Below are positions 33,506 through 45,365 of a DNA stretch of 64,000 nt, piece by piece (position 1 is the first letter of the stretch; each line of letters starts with the position of its first letter). This DNA is from Hyaloraphidium curvatum SAG 235-1 (lineage: Eukaryota > Fungi > Monoblepharomycota), in assembly GCA_025558095.1 (NCBI GenBank), contig JAIVFI010000005.1, positions 806,001 to 870,000 on the forward strand, read 5' to 3'. The notes beneath the pieces are model-generated. The model worked only from the letters and a program-made list of their open reading frames with translations, was not told where the DNA came from and made no database searches. The position numbers were made by a program, and so were the translations under genes.

Positions 33506-35909
33506 CTACCCCGAGCCCGACGGTTCGCTCGGCCCACCCTCATCCAAGCCGTCGAGGCAGGCGAACCTGCCGCCTTGGTGCACCGAGCGATCATCGCCCC
33601 CGGGCCCAGCCGCGCCGGCCAGGCGGGCGAGAGGCCGAGAGGACGCGGGCGGAGCATCATCCACGGCGCTGCGCCGCGTCGCCGCCTTGGCCGCCGCCGC
33701 CATCGCCGCCTCGGCCTCCCTCCGCCTGGCCCACAGATCCCCCGCCCGCCCGTGGTATCCATGCCACGCGCTGATCCGCACCATGTTCCGCAGCCACCGC
33801 GAGACCACCTCGTCCCGCCCCGCCGCGGGATCGAACGGCCCCTCGCCCCGCACCCCGGGCGGCAACGTCGCGCGGAGGCCGTGCCGCGGGATCCCCAGCC
33901 GCGCAAAGACCTCCGGCCAGGATCCCGCCTCCACGATCCGGTCGATCGCGCGGCACTCGGCCACCAGCTTCCCGGGGAGCTCCTCGGGCGGATGCCCCAG
34001 CCGGGCAAACAGCGCCCCGGCATCCAACCCCCCCGCGCGCACCAGGCCCGCAAAGGCTACCTGGAACAGCACCAGGCGGATGCCCACCCTCCCCTCCTCG
34101 AACATGGCCCGCATCCTTTCCGGCGCCGCCCCCTCCTCCCCCCTCACCTCGGCGAGCCAAGGGTGACGGCGCAACGCCCACCGCACCATCCGCGCAAACA
34201 CCTCCTGCGCCACGGGCAGCGCCATCCTGTCCCACCCCAGCCCCTCGTCCCCCTGCACCGCAAGCAGGAGCACGAGGAGCTCGCCCATGTCCGGGATGGC
34301 GGCCTTGTGCCTCGCCGCCGGCCTGTCGCGGAACGCGCGCAGGCGCAGCGCAGCGAGCCCCCGCACCGCCGGCTCCGAGGCGCACAGGGCGAGGAGCAGG
34401 TGCACGAGGTGGCAGTAGCCCGTCAGCGCGCGCTCAGAGGCGCGGAGCAGGTCGCCGCCGGTCGAGGCGTCGCGGGAGAAGCGCACGACGGCGGTGTTGG
34501 CCAGGCGGCAGAGGGCCGCGAGGAGCTTGGCGTGGGGCGGGTCGTGGAGCGCGGAGGGGAAGCAGCGGTCGTGGATGGCCACGAGGGACCGGCGGATGGC
34601 GGGGAGGGCGGCGTCGTAGTGCGGGCGGCTGCGATCGGGGGCCGGAGGTCAGCGGAAACCCATCCGCGTGCTAGCTGCGGGACACCAACCTGAACGCCAG
34701 GGGGAGAAAGTGCGTGAACCGGTGCCCAAACACTCCCGTCCTCACCCCGCACGCGTCGAACGCCTCGAACGAGAGCACGTCGAACTCGCTCGACGCCTCC
34801 ACCCTGTCCCCCCTGCCATCCGCGGCCGCCACGTCCACCCCCACCCCCAGCATCCGCCGCGGGTCCCCGAAGGTGCGGGGCAGCGGCGTGCGGAGGTAGA
34901 AGCACGCGAGCTCGCGGCGGATCTGGAGGTTGCGCGCGCGGGCGAGGGCGTCGAAGCGGGGGTAGGCGCTGCGGAGGGCGACGAGGGAGGAGTCGGGGAG
35001 GCGGTCGGCGAGGTAGAGGAGGAGGTCTTCGTGCAGGGTGTCGAGGTGGCAGGGCCCTCGGGGCTTGCTGGCAGCGGGTGCCTGCTTGCCCTTGGCCGTG
35101 TCCTTGGCCGCGGGTGTCTTGCCCCTGGCCGCGGGTGTCTGCGCAGCCCCGACCACCGGCACTTGCATGGGGGTGGTCCCCGGAACGGGCTGCGGCTCTG
35201 GCTTGGGGGTGACGGGCGCCGGCGTAGGGCGGTTGGGGGTGACGGGGCCGGCGCCGGTGGGTGCGTTGGCCGCTGCCGCTGCGCGGACCTGCAGCGGCGG
35301 CCCGCTCCGCTGGAAGGCGAGCACCGGCCCCGTGGCAGCCACCACGCTGTGCAGCGGCGGAGGCGGGGTCCGGGGCCGCGGGCTGGCCCGGGCCCCGCGC
35401 TGCGCCTCCAGGGCTTCGCGGCGCATGGCCTCCCACTCCCGCTGCCGCGCTGCCCTCCGCTCCCGCCGCTCCTCGCTCGTCGGCGGGCCCCACCGGGTCG
35501 TGCCGCCGTACTCCTGCTCCACGTCCCGCGTGGTGAAGAAGCTCAGCAGCTGCACGAACACGGCGCCGAGCGTGTACCCCGGCGTGTACCCGATGCGCTG
35601 GCGGGTGAGGGTGCCGGTGAGCACGTCGCAGCAGATGAAGCCGCCGAACACGTTGGGGTGCCCGTCCAGCAGCCCCTGGCGCTGCGTGCGCTCGCCGACC
35701 GCCACGCGGGGGGCCTGCGACGGGTAGTCCTCGGGGATATCGACGTCGAACTCCAGGGGGGAGCCGGCCCGCGGGCCCGATGCGGGGGTGAGCGTCAGCC
35801 GCAGGCGCCGCGCGTCGTCCGTGTGGTCGACGCGGATGCCGGGCACGGGGTCGGCGGCGAGGGCGGCGAGCTCGCGGAGCAGGCGCTGCATGCCGGGCAT
35901 GGTCGACAT
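33506..35909 (-). CDS. ubiquitin-conjugating (UBC) domain fused to an F-box-like motif and an uncharacterised C-terminal domain; intron near 34640-34690
   Basis: QRLLREL, IPEDYPSQAP, HPNVFGGFICCDVL, YTLGAVFVQLLSFF; LDTLHEDLLLYLADRL; SEFDVLSFEAF..FTHFLPLAF; KAAIPDMGELL. Confidence 0.8.
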
Positions 35910-36413
35910 GGCGGCGATGATTGCGGAGGCGGTGGAGCAGTCGCTGGCAAAATGCGCCTTTTATGGCCCGCTCTCAACGGGCCCTTGCTGTGCACCTGAG
36001 TGTGGGCTGGTGCCGCTGGCTGACTGAGTGACTGACTGATTTCCGAGGAACGCGCATCGACGATTGAGTGGAGAATTGGAGCGGCACAGCAGCTCATCGC
36101 GGTGAAAGTGCTTGAGAGTCGCCGTGGGCGGTCGACACCGCGAGAGGGGCGTGGGCCATGCCGCCGCGAAGCACCAGTGTTCAAGACACCGCGGCCGTCG
36201 AGGGACTCGAGGCGCCACGGTGACGCCATTTTCGACGGAGTTTGCCTTGTTTCGAGAGGGGCAGACGCGTCTAGAGGCGACGAACGCGCCGAAATCGACT
36301 TTCAACATGGACGCGTTCGCTATCCGGGTCTCTGAGACGTCCTCGGTCCCGCCGCCGCCGCCGGCGCCATTTCCGACCCGCCGACGAACTCTCCGCTTGG
36401 CAGGCCATTTCTT

Positions 36414-37112
36414 ATGCCCACGCTCAACGTCCTGAGCGGCGGCGCCGCGCACGCCCTCGTCCTCCGCGCCGCGCCGCCCTTCCTTGCCGCCACCAGCCTC
36501 TCCGTCGGCCTGACCTCGGGCGCCGTGGGCGCGATGCGCGACGCGCTGCTTGCCGGCGCCCCGTGCGACCTCGTCATTCTCACCGATGCGATCGTCGGGG
36601 AACTGCAGACGGCGGGGAGGGTCGGGCCGGGGGTGCGGCTGGGCTACGTGGAGACCTGCGTCGCGGTGCCCGAGGGGGAGCCCCTCCCCTCCTTGGCGGA
36701 CGAAAGCGACCTGAAGCGGGCGCTCGAGATTGCGGCGGGGATATACTTCCCGGACCCGGAAAGGGCCACGGCGGGGATCCACTTCCTCTCGGTCCTCCGC
36801 CGGCTCGGCCTCCTGCCCGCGCTCGAACCCCGCCTCCGCCCGTTCAAGGACGGCCGCACCGCGATGGCAGCCATGTCGCTGGACTCGCGCGCCGGCGAAA
36901 CGGGGCTGCTTGGGTGCACGCAGGAAACGGAGATCCTCGCGACGGAGGGAGTGCGCAGCGCGGGGGCTTTGCCGGGGGGTTACGGCCTGAAGACACCGTA
37001 TGTGGCTGCGGTGGTACTGGGAGCGCCCCTGGAGAAGGAGGCGGGGTTGTTGGCGCAGATGCTGGGGGACGGGGAGGGGGCGGAGGCGAGGCGGGAGTGC
37101 GGGTTCCGCTGA
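36414..37112 (+). CDS. ModA-like (molybdate-type) solute-binding-fold protein, bacterial-type, no signal peptide
   Basis: LNVLSGGAA, GAVGAMRDALLAGAPCDLVILT, IYFPDPERATAGIHF, LGCTQETEI, LPGGYGLKTPY; intron-less. Confidence 0.85.
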   Translation: MPTLNVLSGGAAHALVLRAAPPFLAATSLSVGLTSGAVGAMRDALLAGAPCDLVILTDAIVGELQTAGRVGPGVRLGYVETCVAVPEGEPLPSLADESDLKRALEIAAGIYFPDPERATAGIHFLSVLRRLGLLPALEPRLRPFKDGRTAMAAMSLDSRAGETGLLGCTQETEILATEGVRSAGALPGGYGLKTPYVAAVVLGAPLEKEAGLLAQMLGDGEGAEARRECGFR

Positions 37113-37329
37113 GGGCCGGGGGCGGGCTTCCGACGATCAGCTCGATCGGGCGGTCGAAGGGAGGTGCTCGTGGGCATTTAATCCGTCCTTGTACCCCCGC
37201 CGACCCGTTGTTGTGGTCCGGAAGCCGCATCCTTGGGGATCGAAATCGAGGGTCCTTGCGCACGGCCACCACCCATTGTTTGGCCTCGCCCGAATCCCAA
37301 AACACCGCGGCACAACGAGCGCCGACACC

Positions 37330-37715
37330 ATGGCGCGCCTCCTGCTGCTCCTCCTCGTCGTCCTGGCGCTCCTCGCCGGGCCCGCTCTCGGCCTGTAGGT
37401 CCCCCCGCGCTCCCGCACGGCCGGGCGGCATTCGGACCCCACTCACCCCCCGCGCAGACCGGCACCCAACGTGCCGGCCGAGGACCGGGCCGCCCCGGGC
37501 GCGCGCGCGGTGTTCCGGCGCTCGTGCGGCGAATGCGCCTCCTCCGAATTCTGTGGGTCGCAACCTCTGCCGGTGCAGGGGCGGAGGACTAACGGCACCC
37601 CGGCACGGCTGCAGGCGAGTTCGGCTACCCCGGCGCGCCCGAGTCGACGGTCGCCTGCATCGAGTACGGCACGGAGCTGGGGGAGCTTTATCGCCGCTAC
37701 GGGGGCGATGTCTGA
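37330..37715 (+). CDS. small secreted Cys-containing peptide precursor; 2 introns
   Basis: Spliced product MARLLLLLLVVLALLAGPALGLPAPNVPAEDRAAPGARAVFRR-SCGECASSEFCEFGYPGAPESTVACIEYGTELGELYRRYGGDV. Both introns have GT..CTCAC/CTAAC..CAG. Confidence 0.65.
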
Positions 37716-37870
37716 AGGACGGGCCGGGCGGACGGCACTGCGGGGGCAGGCCAGGCTTCGGGGATGAGAGGACTTCGGACGGCACACCCATGCTTCTGTC
37801 TTCGTCGCCGGACGAGGTTAGATCCATTAGAATAGCCACCATTGCCCGCGGCTGCCCTCCGAACCCCGGG

Positions 37871-39556
37871 TCAGGCCGAAATGACCGCCGTGCCCGCCGG
37901 CATCTCCTTCGAGGGGCCGACGAGGTCCACCTGACGGATCGTGAGGATGTTGGTCCCCACCGGCAGCGTTGCCGTCACCGAGTACTGCCCCCGGTACGAC
38001 GTCCGTCAGCCCGCGAAGGCCGCGAAGGGTTGCCGGGCGACACCCACCTGCGCGTCCGGCCGCACCCTCGCGCTCGCCGCCTCGGTCCCGTTGGAGAAGA
38101 GCTGCACAGTCGCGCCCACCTCCCCCAACCCCTCCACCGTCGCCTGGTTCCCGCTGACCGTCGGGCTGCCAAACACCTCCGGCGGCCCCGGCAGGGTGAT
38201 GGGCACGTTGCCCGCGATCGACGGGTCGGAGGTTCCCGCGGGGGTGGTCTGTACGACGGTGAGCTCGTTGATGCCCAGGGGGGGTGGGGAGGGCGTGGTG
38301 ATCCTATAGGAGCCGTTGGAGGAGGCGGTGGTCGAGCCGAGCTGTAGGGTGGTGTTTGACCGGAGGGTGACGAGGGCGTTGGCGAGGGCGGTTCCGGAGA
38401 CTGTGAGGGTCTTGTTGTTGTTGAGGATGGTGCTCGCGACCTTTGGCGGGAGGGGGATGCGGGCAATGCCGGCTGGGGCGGGGAGCGAGTCGGCGCCCTT
38501 TAAGTCGCGAAGGACGACGGAGAGCATGTAGGTCCCGCTGGTGAGGTTGGAGCTGCGGAGAACGAAGGCGCGGGAGGCGGGGACGCGTGTTTGGGCGACG
38601 GTGGTGCCGTTGGCAAGGAGCAGGGCGCGGAGGCGGGGAGCGCCAGAGCCGGAGACCATGGCGACGTTGGCCGAGACGACGGTGGAGTCAATGGTGGGCT
38701 GTTTGGCACCCAGAACGTTAGAGGCTGCTCGGAACCGGAGCGCGCCGTCAAACGACTTACCCGAGGAGGCCTGGAAACGGCAATCGAAGTCCCCGGACCG
38801 CTCCCCGCCGTGAAACTCTCCAGCGCCTGCGATGCGCCGGCCCTGAAGATGCCCAGCCTGGTTCCGATCGGGAGCTGCGGCACCGCCAGCGCAAGCATCC
38901 CCGAGCCATCCGTCCGCCCGGTGGAGATGACGGTCCCCCGTGCGGACCTGGCGCCCGTGCGGAGGAGCTCGAAGGGGGAGTTGGAGATGGGGGAGTCGGG
39001 AGGGCGCTTGTAGCCCCCGTCCGAGTCCGAATCGTAGAAGACTCGTGCTCGAATGGTGCTCCACTGCACAGTAATCGGTGAGAAAAGGGGAGACATGTCG
39101 GGCCTGCATGCCAGCGGCCACCCACGGGGGCCATGGAAACCGTCCGCGTGACCACTTTGGTCGTCGTCCCCGGCACCGTCGTCGTCCTCGTCGAGCGGGC
39201 CGCCGGACAGCACGGCTCCCCGCTCCCAGCTCCCGGCGGGCAGGTGAGGCACAGAGTCCTCTCCAGCAGGGCGTGCGGTTCCGTCGGCGAGAGCTCTCCG
39301 CGCCGGGCGGCTCTTGCCGACCGTGTGGCGGTCACGGTGACCGTCCGCACCCGCGTCGTGGAATACGCGGTCGCGGTCGTCGGTCCGGGAGGGCGGGCCG
39401 GGCAGCAGCAGCCTGCAAGGCCGTCAGCACGCGGCCGGAATCCGAAGGCGGAAACAGACCGCCGGCGTAGAGACAGCCCCTGCAGCACGTCGGGGGCGTC
39501 GCTGAGGAGGCTGCAAGTAGAGTCGCGAGGAGGAGGAGGAGGAACAGGGTCCGCAT
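37871..39556 (-). CDS. secreted protein with Cys/Thr-rich N-terminus, SdrD-B-like domain and about 3 bacterial Ig-like repeats, multi-exon
   Basis: Signal peptide MRTLFLLLLLATLLAASSA; VFYDSDSDG..D.PI; repeats such as TVSGTALANALVTL..LGSTTASSNGSYRIT and TVEGLGEVGATVQLFSNG. Confidence 0.7.
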
Positions 39557-40189
39557 CGTGTTGCGAAGGCCGCTGTTTGGGGGTGTTGTGTTGGGGGACG
39601 GGCGGCGCAGCAGCGAGAACCCGCCCGCACTCCGCCCGATGCGCGGCCGCTGGACCCGGGAATGTGGCGAGCTCAGCAACAGAACAGGCGAGATCACCGC
39701 CATAAGCGAGCTCTACACTTCGGCCCTCACGGAAGTTCGGGACCTCTTCGTTCTCGCTAACCCACCATCCGCGCCCCCATCCTCCCTCGTAGCGCATTTG
39801 GCTGGAACGATATGAGGGCGAGACCCGCGCCCAGCAGAGGCTCTTCCTCGGCTTCGTGATTGGATTTGGCTCGTTCAGGGCCCTGCTGGTGTCGCTGGTG
39901 ACGGTTGCGTTCGCGGCATGGGGCGTCGCGAGGGGATTCGTGGTCCGCGTGGTGCTGGACAATATCTGTCCGAATTGAGAGCCAGGGAAACCGCATCCAT
40001 CAAATAGCAGCCGACACATGCAGCAGATGCGCCTCAGTGCCTCGAACTCCAAGTTCGGCAAAGCCCTTTGAGATTGATTGCCCGGTCCCACCCATTTCCG
40101 CCTCTGGCTCGGTGCACAGGCCACGAGTTCCATGTCTCGGACACGTAGATTTACGCGGGTGGACCTCTAGCTCCGCGTTTCCGACGGCA

Positions 40190-41599
40190 ATGTCGGTCCT
40201 GACGGTCTTTGAGAACGACCGCGTCTCCGTCGGACCGGGCGCGTCACAACTCACGGCGGCGGACCGCGACGCGCTTCTCGCCCTCTCCGAGCGGTGCGAC
40301 GGATTCTGCACCGCGGAGGAGGGTGGCGTGCGGCTGGAGGGCCACTGCGGGCTGGTCGCGCTGCCGTCGGGACGCCTGCTCGAGGTGCTGCCAAAGGTGC
40401 TGGACCGCAGGGGACGAGGGGTGGGACGGGGATTCGCGGAGGACTTTCTGGGGCACACGGAGCAGGCAATTGGGGAGCAAGCGGTGGGGCAGCTGGATAG
40501 CACCTCGCCGGCGTCTGAGTTTGTCGGCATGCTCGTGCGGATGCTCGGCCTCGCCGGCGACGACTTTGCTATGTACCGCATGGATTCCTCCGTCGGCCAC
40601 GTATCGACGCCGCTTACAGGCGGCCTGCTCGAGGTCTTTGTCTCGGCCTTCCTTTCGCACGTGCACATCCTCGCCCTGGGGGGGCTGCACCAGGACTACC
40701 GCACCGTCGAGGGCGACCTCGGCGCCGTGCGCGGGCGGATCCAGCTGCAGCGCCAGGCGACCACCCTGTGGAACAGGAAGGACGCCGTTGCCTGCTCGTA
40801 CGACGAGCGGTCGACCGACCACGCCCTGAACCGCGTGGTCAAGGCGGCGTTGGTGGTCGTGTCGCGGTTCGGTCTGCCGCCGGATCAGGCGAACCGTTGC
40901 CGGCAGCTGCTCCTGCTGTTTCGAGACGTGGACCTGGCCGGCTTCGACCCCCTGCGGACGCTGCGCACGCCGCGGTTCGACCGCCAATCCGCCCGCTACC
41001 GCCCCGCCGTCGAATGGGCCGCCCGCATTCTCCGCTTCGAATCCCCCGCCGCCCTCGCCGGCCACCTCCCCGCCCCCGAGATTCTGTTCGACATGCCCCT
41101 CCTCTTCGAATCCGCGGTCGGCGGCATCCTTTCCCGCCGCGCCACGGAGCGCGGCCTCCACGCGGACCTGCAGCGGGCCGGGTTCCTCGTGACCCTCCTC
41201 GGCGACGAAAACACGGGCATGGTCCGCATGCGCCCGGACTACATCCTCCGCGACCGGGAGGGAAAGGTGCTCGCGGTCGGCGACGCCAAGTGGAAGCCGC
41301 TGGACCTTCTCCAAGGCAACCTGCTCCCGCGCAACAAGGACGTGTACCAGCTCTCGGCCTACGCGTACGGTTTCGACGCCGACGCGGCCATCATCTACCC
41401 GTGGTTCGCGGACTACGACCGGCGCAGGATGAGGGAGACGACGCTGGTGCTGCCGGCCACGGTGCCGGGCAGGCCGCCGAGGAAGATCACCATCATCCTG
41501 CTGGACGTGCGGAGGGACGACTTGGGGGTGGTGATGCACGATCCGAGGGCGGCGTCGCTGTTTGTGGATCTGCTGCTGGGTCCCCAGGAGAGCGTGTAG
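40190..41599 (+). CDS. mcrC: McrC-family restriction endonuclease subunit (PD-(D/E)xK), intron-less, 469 aa
   Basis: LTVFEND, GHCGLVALPSGRLLEVLPKV, GLHQDYRTVEGDLGAVRGRI, CSYDERSTDHALNRVVKAAL, FDRQSARYRPAVEWAARIL, LFDMPLLFESAV, MRPDYIL..VGDAKWK, DVYQLSAYA, IIYP: the collinear McrC motif series. Confidence 0.92.
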   Translation: MSVLTVFENDRVSVGPGASQLTAADRDALLALSERCDGFCTAEEGGVRLEGHCGLVALPSGRLLEVLPKVLDRRGRGVGRGFAEDFLGHTEQAIGEQAVGQLDSTSPASEFVGMLVRMLGLAGDDFAMYRMDSSVGHVSTPLTGGLLEVFVSAFLSHVHILALGGLHQDYRTVEGDLGAVRGRIQLQRQATTLWNRKDAVACSYDERSTDHALNRVVKAALVVVSRFGLPPDQANRCRQLLLLFRDVDLAGFDPLRTLRTPRFDRQSARYRPAVEWAARILRFESPAALAGHLPAPEILFDMPLLFESAVGGILSRRATERGLHADLQRAGFLVTLLGDENTGMVRMRPDYILRDREGKVLAVGDAKWKPLDLLQGNLLPRNKDVYQLSAYAYGFDADAAIIYPWFADYDRRRMRETTLVLPATVPGRPPRKITIILLDVRRDDLGVVMHDPRAASLFVDLLLGPQESV

Positions 41600-41655
41600 C
41601 GGTGTTACTGAAACGTGGAACACGCTGCGTGTTCGACCGGGGTCCCCCGCCGAGC

Positions 41656-42175
41656 TCATTCCGCACCCCTCTTCGCGATGAAGGCAGACGACCACCGCGG
41701 CCTCGCGACTTTGAGTCCATCCAACAGCCGAAGGAGGCGCTGGCTTGGAGCTAAAGTGTGGTCCCTGGGATCCGAGAGCAATGCAACGATCTCTTTATGT
41801 TCCCGCCGGAGCCATTCCACGACCATCTCGTCCCAAGAGAACCGGTCCAGGTGCCGCACAAAGTCCAGTGCGAGGTCCGCCGATGCATCCCTGTCCTGGA
41901 GGAAAGAGGAAAGGAACTCGCGCACCTCGTCGAGGTCGAAGCCGAAGGATGCGACGCGGTTCTCGCGGCCGGTCCTGAAATCCGAGTCGCGGATCGGTGT
42001 TGTGACGAACCGGTGGAACGTCTGAAAAGTTCCTTGTTGGCAGCGTCCCGCAGCGAACGGGATAAGGAAGCAGAGGTCGGCCAGGGAAAGGCGGTCCGCG
42101 ACGCGGGCGAACACCTCGGGCGGCAGGGACCTCCAGGCCGGGCGGCGGCGGGGCGACCATCGCATCAGAATACAT
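41656..42175 (-). pseudogene. truncated F-box-like paralog of the 17972/19292 family
   Basis: SLPPEVFARVADRLSLADLCFL ... LDFVRHLDRFSWDEMVVEWL..LLRLLDGLKVARPRW. The N-terminus MVAPPPPGLE is one base out of frame with SLPPE. Confidence 0.5.
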
Positions 42176-42346
42176 CGAACAACACCCCTTCAGTGGTACG
42201 CGGAAAGTTTCAATTTGAGAGCGATAGAGGACGTTGAACTGCGAAGGATGGGACGCGCGTCCGCGCCCGCCGATTCCACCATTGCGTCCCTCCGCCCCGG
42301 CACGTCCGGCGCCTCCTCATCGAGCGTCCGCGCGCCGCGCCGCAGG

Positions 42347-45212
42347 ATGCCGCCGCAGGAGGTGCGGTGCCGCGCCTTTTCCCCGCCGCGAGGCGCTAAC
42401 CGACCGTCCGCGGTCCTCCTTGCGTCGCCTATCCACGCCACTTTCGGCACCTTAAACACCGCGGATCTATTTCCTAGACATCGCCGCTGATCTATGACGA
42501 CGAGGAGGCTGCGGGAGACGCGTCGCCGCCCCCGCGGCGCCCGCGGGACCGCCGGCGAGCCCCGTACCCCATCGCGGCCCCGCAGCCGCCCGAGCTGTGG
42601 TCGTCGACAGAGAAGTGGCTGGGCGCCGCGGCAGTTTTCTTGCTCGCCCTGTCGTGCATTTTCGGCGGGCTGTACGTGGCCGGCCCGCACGTGGACCTGC
42701 CGCCGCCGCCGCCGCCAAAGGCCCCCGACAACGACGCGCCGTGCATGACCCCCGACTGCGTCGTCACCGCCGCCGGCATCATCTCGGCCATGGACACAGC
42801 CGTCGACCCGTGCACCGACTTTTTCTCCTTCAGCTGCGGCGGCTGGATCAGGGCCAACCCCATCCCCGACTACAAGTCGCGCTACGGCTCGTTCGACCAG
42901 CTCTCGGAGCGCAACAAGAAGGTCCTCCGTGAGATCCTCGAGCAGCCGTACGAGGTGACCCCCTCGGTGCCGTTTGCCGAGCGCGGGGTGGACAAGGAGA
43001 ACTGGGACCGGTTCAGGGCGCTGTACGACACGTGCCGCAACGAGACCCGGATCAACGCCCGCGGCATCGCCCCCGTGCGCGACCTCGTCACCCGGATTCG
43101 CACCATCTTCCCGCTGCCGGCCACCGAGTCGGCCGATTTCGCGGCGGCCGTGGCGGCGTTCCACACGCTCGACGTGTCGGTGCTCTTCAGCTTCTACGTG
43201 TCCGAGGACCAGAAGAACCCGGACGTGAACACGCTGTATCTGGACCAGCGCGGGCCGCTGGGGCTGCCGAGCAAGGAGTACTATTTGGACGCCAAGGTGG
43301 TGCCCGTCTACAAGGTGGGTGGACGGCTCGCGGTGTGCCACACTCTGGCTCACAGATAGTGTTCGTCATCTGCCCACAGTCGGTCATCGCGGACGAGCTG
43401 CGCAATGTCTTTTCGGCCAACACCACGCTGAACGATACCTACCCCGCGCCTGCCGACACCAACTGGACCCTCGTCGCCGAGACAATCTTTGACTTTGAAT
43501 CCAAGGTGCGCCTGCCACCTTTTTTGCATTTTGCCCACGATGTGACGCCAATTTTCGCAGCTCGCCAACATTTCGCTCCCCGAGGACGAGATCCAGGAGC
43601 AGAACAAGACCTACAACCCCTACGAGCTCGCCGCCCTCGTCTCGTCGGCCCCCGGCTTCGACTGGAAGTCCTACCTACAGCACCGCTTTCCCGCCGACAC
43701 CTTCCCCCCCTCGCTCATCACCGACAAGACCGTGCTGATCGTCGGCATGCCCGCCTACATCGGCAACCTCACCGCGCTCCTCGGCACGACCCCCGCCGAG
43801 ACGCTCGAGTGGTACTTCACCTGGCAGTCGGTGCAGTCCTTTGGCGGCGCCGTCTCCGAGGCCGCCAAGGAGCCGCTCAAGCGGCTGCGCGAGGTGCTCA
43901 CGGGGGTGCGCTCGACGACGGTGCCGCCGCGGTGGGAGGTGTGCGTGGACTCGACGGACGGGCTGATGGGGTTCGCGGTGGGCAAGTGGTTCGTGGACAG
44001 GGTGTTCACGCCCGAGGCCAAGGCCGCGGCGGACGGGGCGATCGACTACATCAAGAAGATGATGGTGGCGAGGCTGCCGGAGCTCAAGTGGATCGACAAC
44101 CAGACCATGGGGCTCGCCGTGGAGAAGGTGCAGAGCCTGAAGAGGAAGATCGGGTGGGTCGTCCGCAGACCTGGTGCCTCTTGAGCTCCAGCTAACTTCA
44201 ATTCAGATACCCGCCCTACATCCTGTCGCCGACCAAGCTCAAGGAGCGCTACGCCTGCTTCGAGGTCGACACGGTGGACTACTTCCAGAACCTCGTCAAC
44301 GCGGCGCGCTACGGCGTCATGCGCAACATCAAGAAGATCACCCAGCCCGTGGACAGGGACGAGTGGGGCATGACGCCGCAGACGGTGAACGCGTACTACA
44401 ACGTGGGTCCGACGTTGTCAAATTACCGTCGAAGGAGCTGACTTGGCGTCGTTCTGCTCCAGCCCACCTTGAACGAGATCGTCTTCCCCGCCGGCATCCT
44501 CCAGCCCCCCTTCTTCTCGCCCAGGTTCCCCAACTACATCAACTACGGCGCCATCGGCTCCGTCGTCGGCCACGAGCTCACCCACGCGTTCGACAACAAC
44601 GGCCGCAGCTACGACTCCCAGGGCCGCCTGCGGGACTGGTGGACCGAGGAGACGGCCAAGGAGTTCGTCAAGAGGTCAAAGTGCTTCGTGGACCAGTACG
44701 GAAAGTACACGGTGAAGGATTCGCAGGGGAGGGAGGAGCACGTGAACGGGAAGCTGACGCTGGGGGAGAATCTGGCGGACAATGGAGGGCTGGCCAGGGC
44801 GCTGGAGGCGTGGAGGGACGAGTACGGGAAGGGTGGGTGGCGCGATCGGCCGTGTGGTCACCCCTGAGCTCACTCACGTCATGATTCTGTCCACCCACAG
44901 GAATCCCCGTCATCCTCCACCGCAACTTCATCCTCCCCGGCCTCAACTACACCCGCGAGCAGATGTTCTTCGTCGGCTTCTCGCAGGTCTGGTGCTCGCT
45001 CGTGCGGCCCGAGACCGCGATCCAGAGGGTGGGTTCCTTCATCGCCGCGACCTGGACTCTGGCTCACCTTCATTCAGATCCGCACGGATCCGCACTCGCC
45101 GGCCAACTGGCGCGTCATCGGGGCGCTCACGGACTCGCAGGACTTTGCCAACGCGTGGGGCTGCGCCAAGGGGTCGCCGATGAATCCGAACGACAAGTGC
45201 ACGCTGTGGTAG
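42347..45212 (+). CDS. M13 (neprilysin/ECE-like) type II membrane metallopeptidase, multi-exon
   Basis: TM anchor, VDPCTDFFSFSCGGW, VNAYY, NEIVFPAGILQPPFF, GHELTHAFD (HExxH), GENLADNGG, DPHSP, C-terminal CTLW. Confidence 0.95.
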
Positions 45213-45365
45213 CCTGTTTCCGGGGGCGACGAGATGTAAATCTGTCTCACAATGGACGATGGACGTCTACTTTGGGGGCTCTCGATGCGTCCACCCATCA
45301 TCACTCGCCTTTACTCATTTCGCACGAATTCACGGAACGGGCGCCGCAGCCCGCGTTTCGGCCCG

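Noticed and set aside
36021-36040. TGAC-type repeat; also GTTCTA repeats near 33441-33460
   Set aside because: Short intergenic microsatellites with no further structure.
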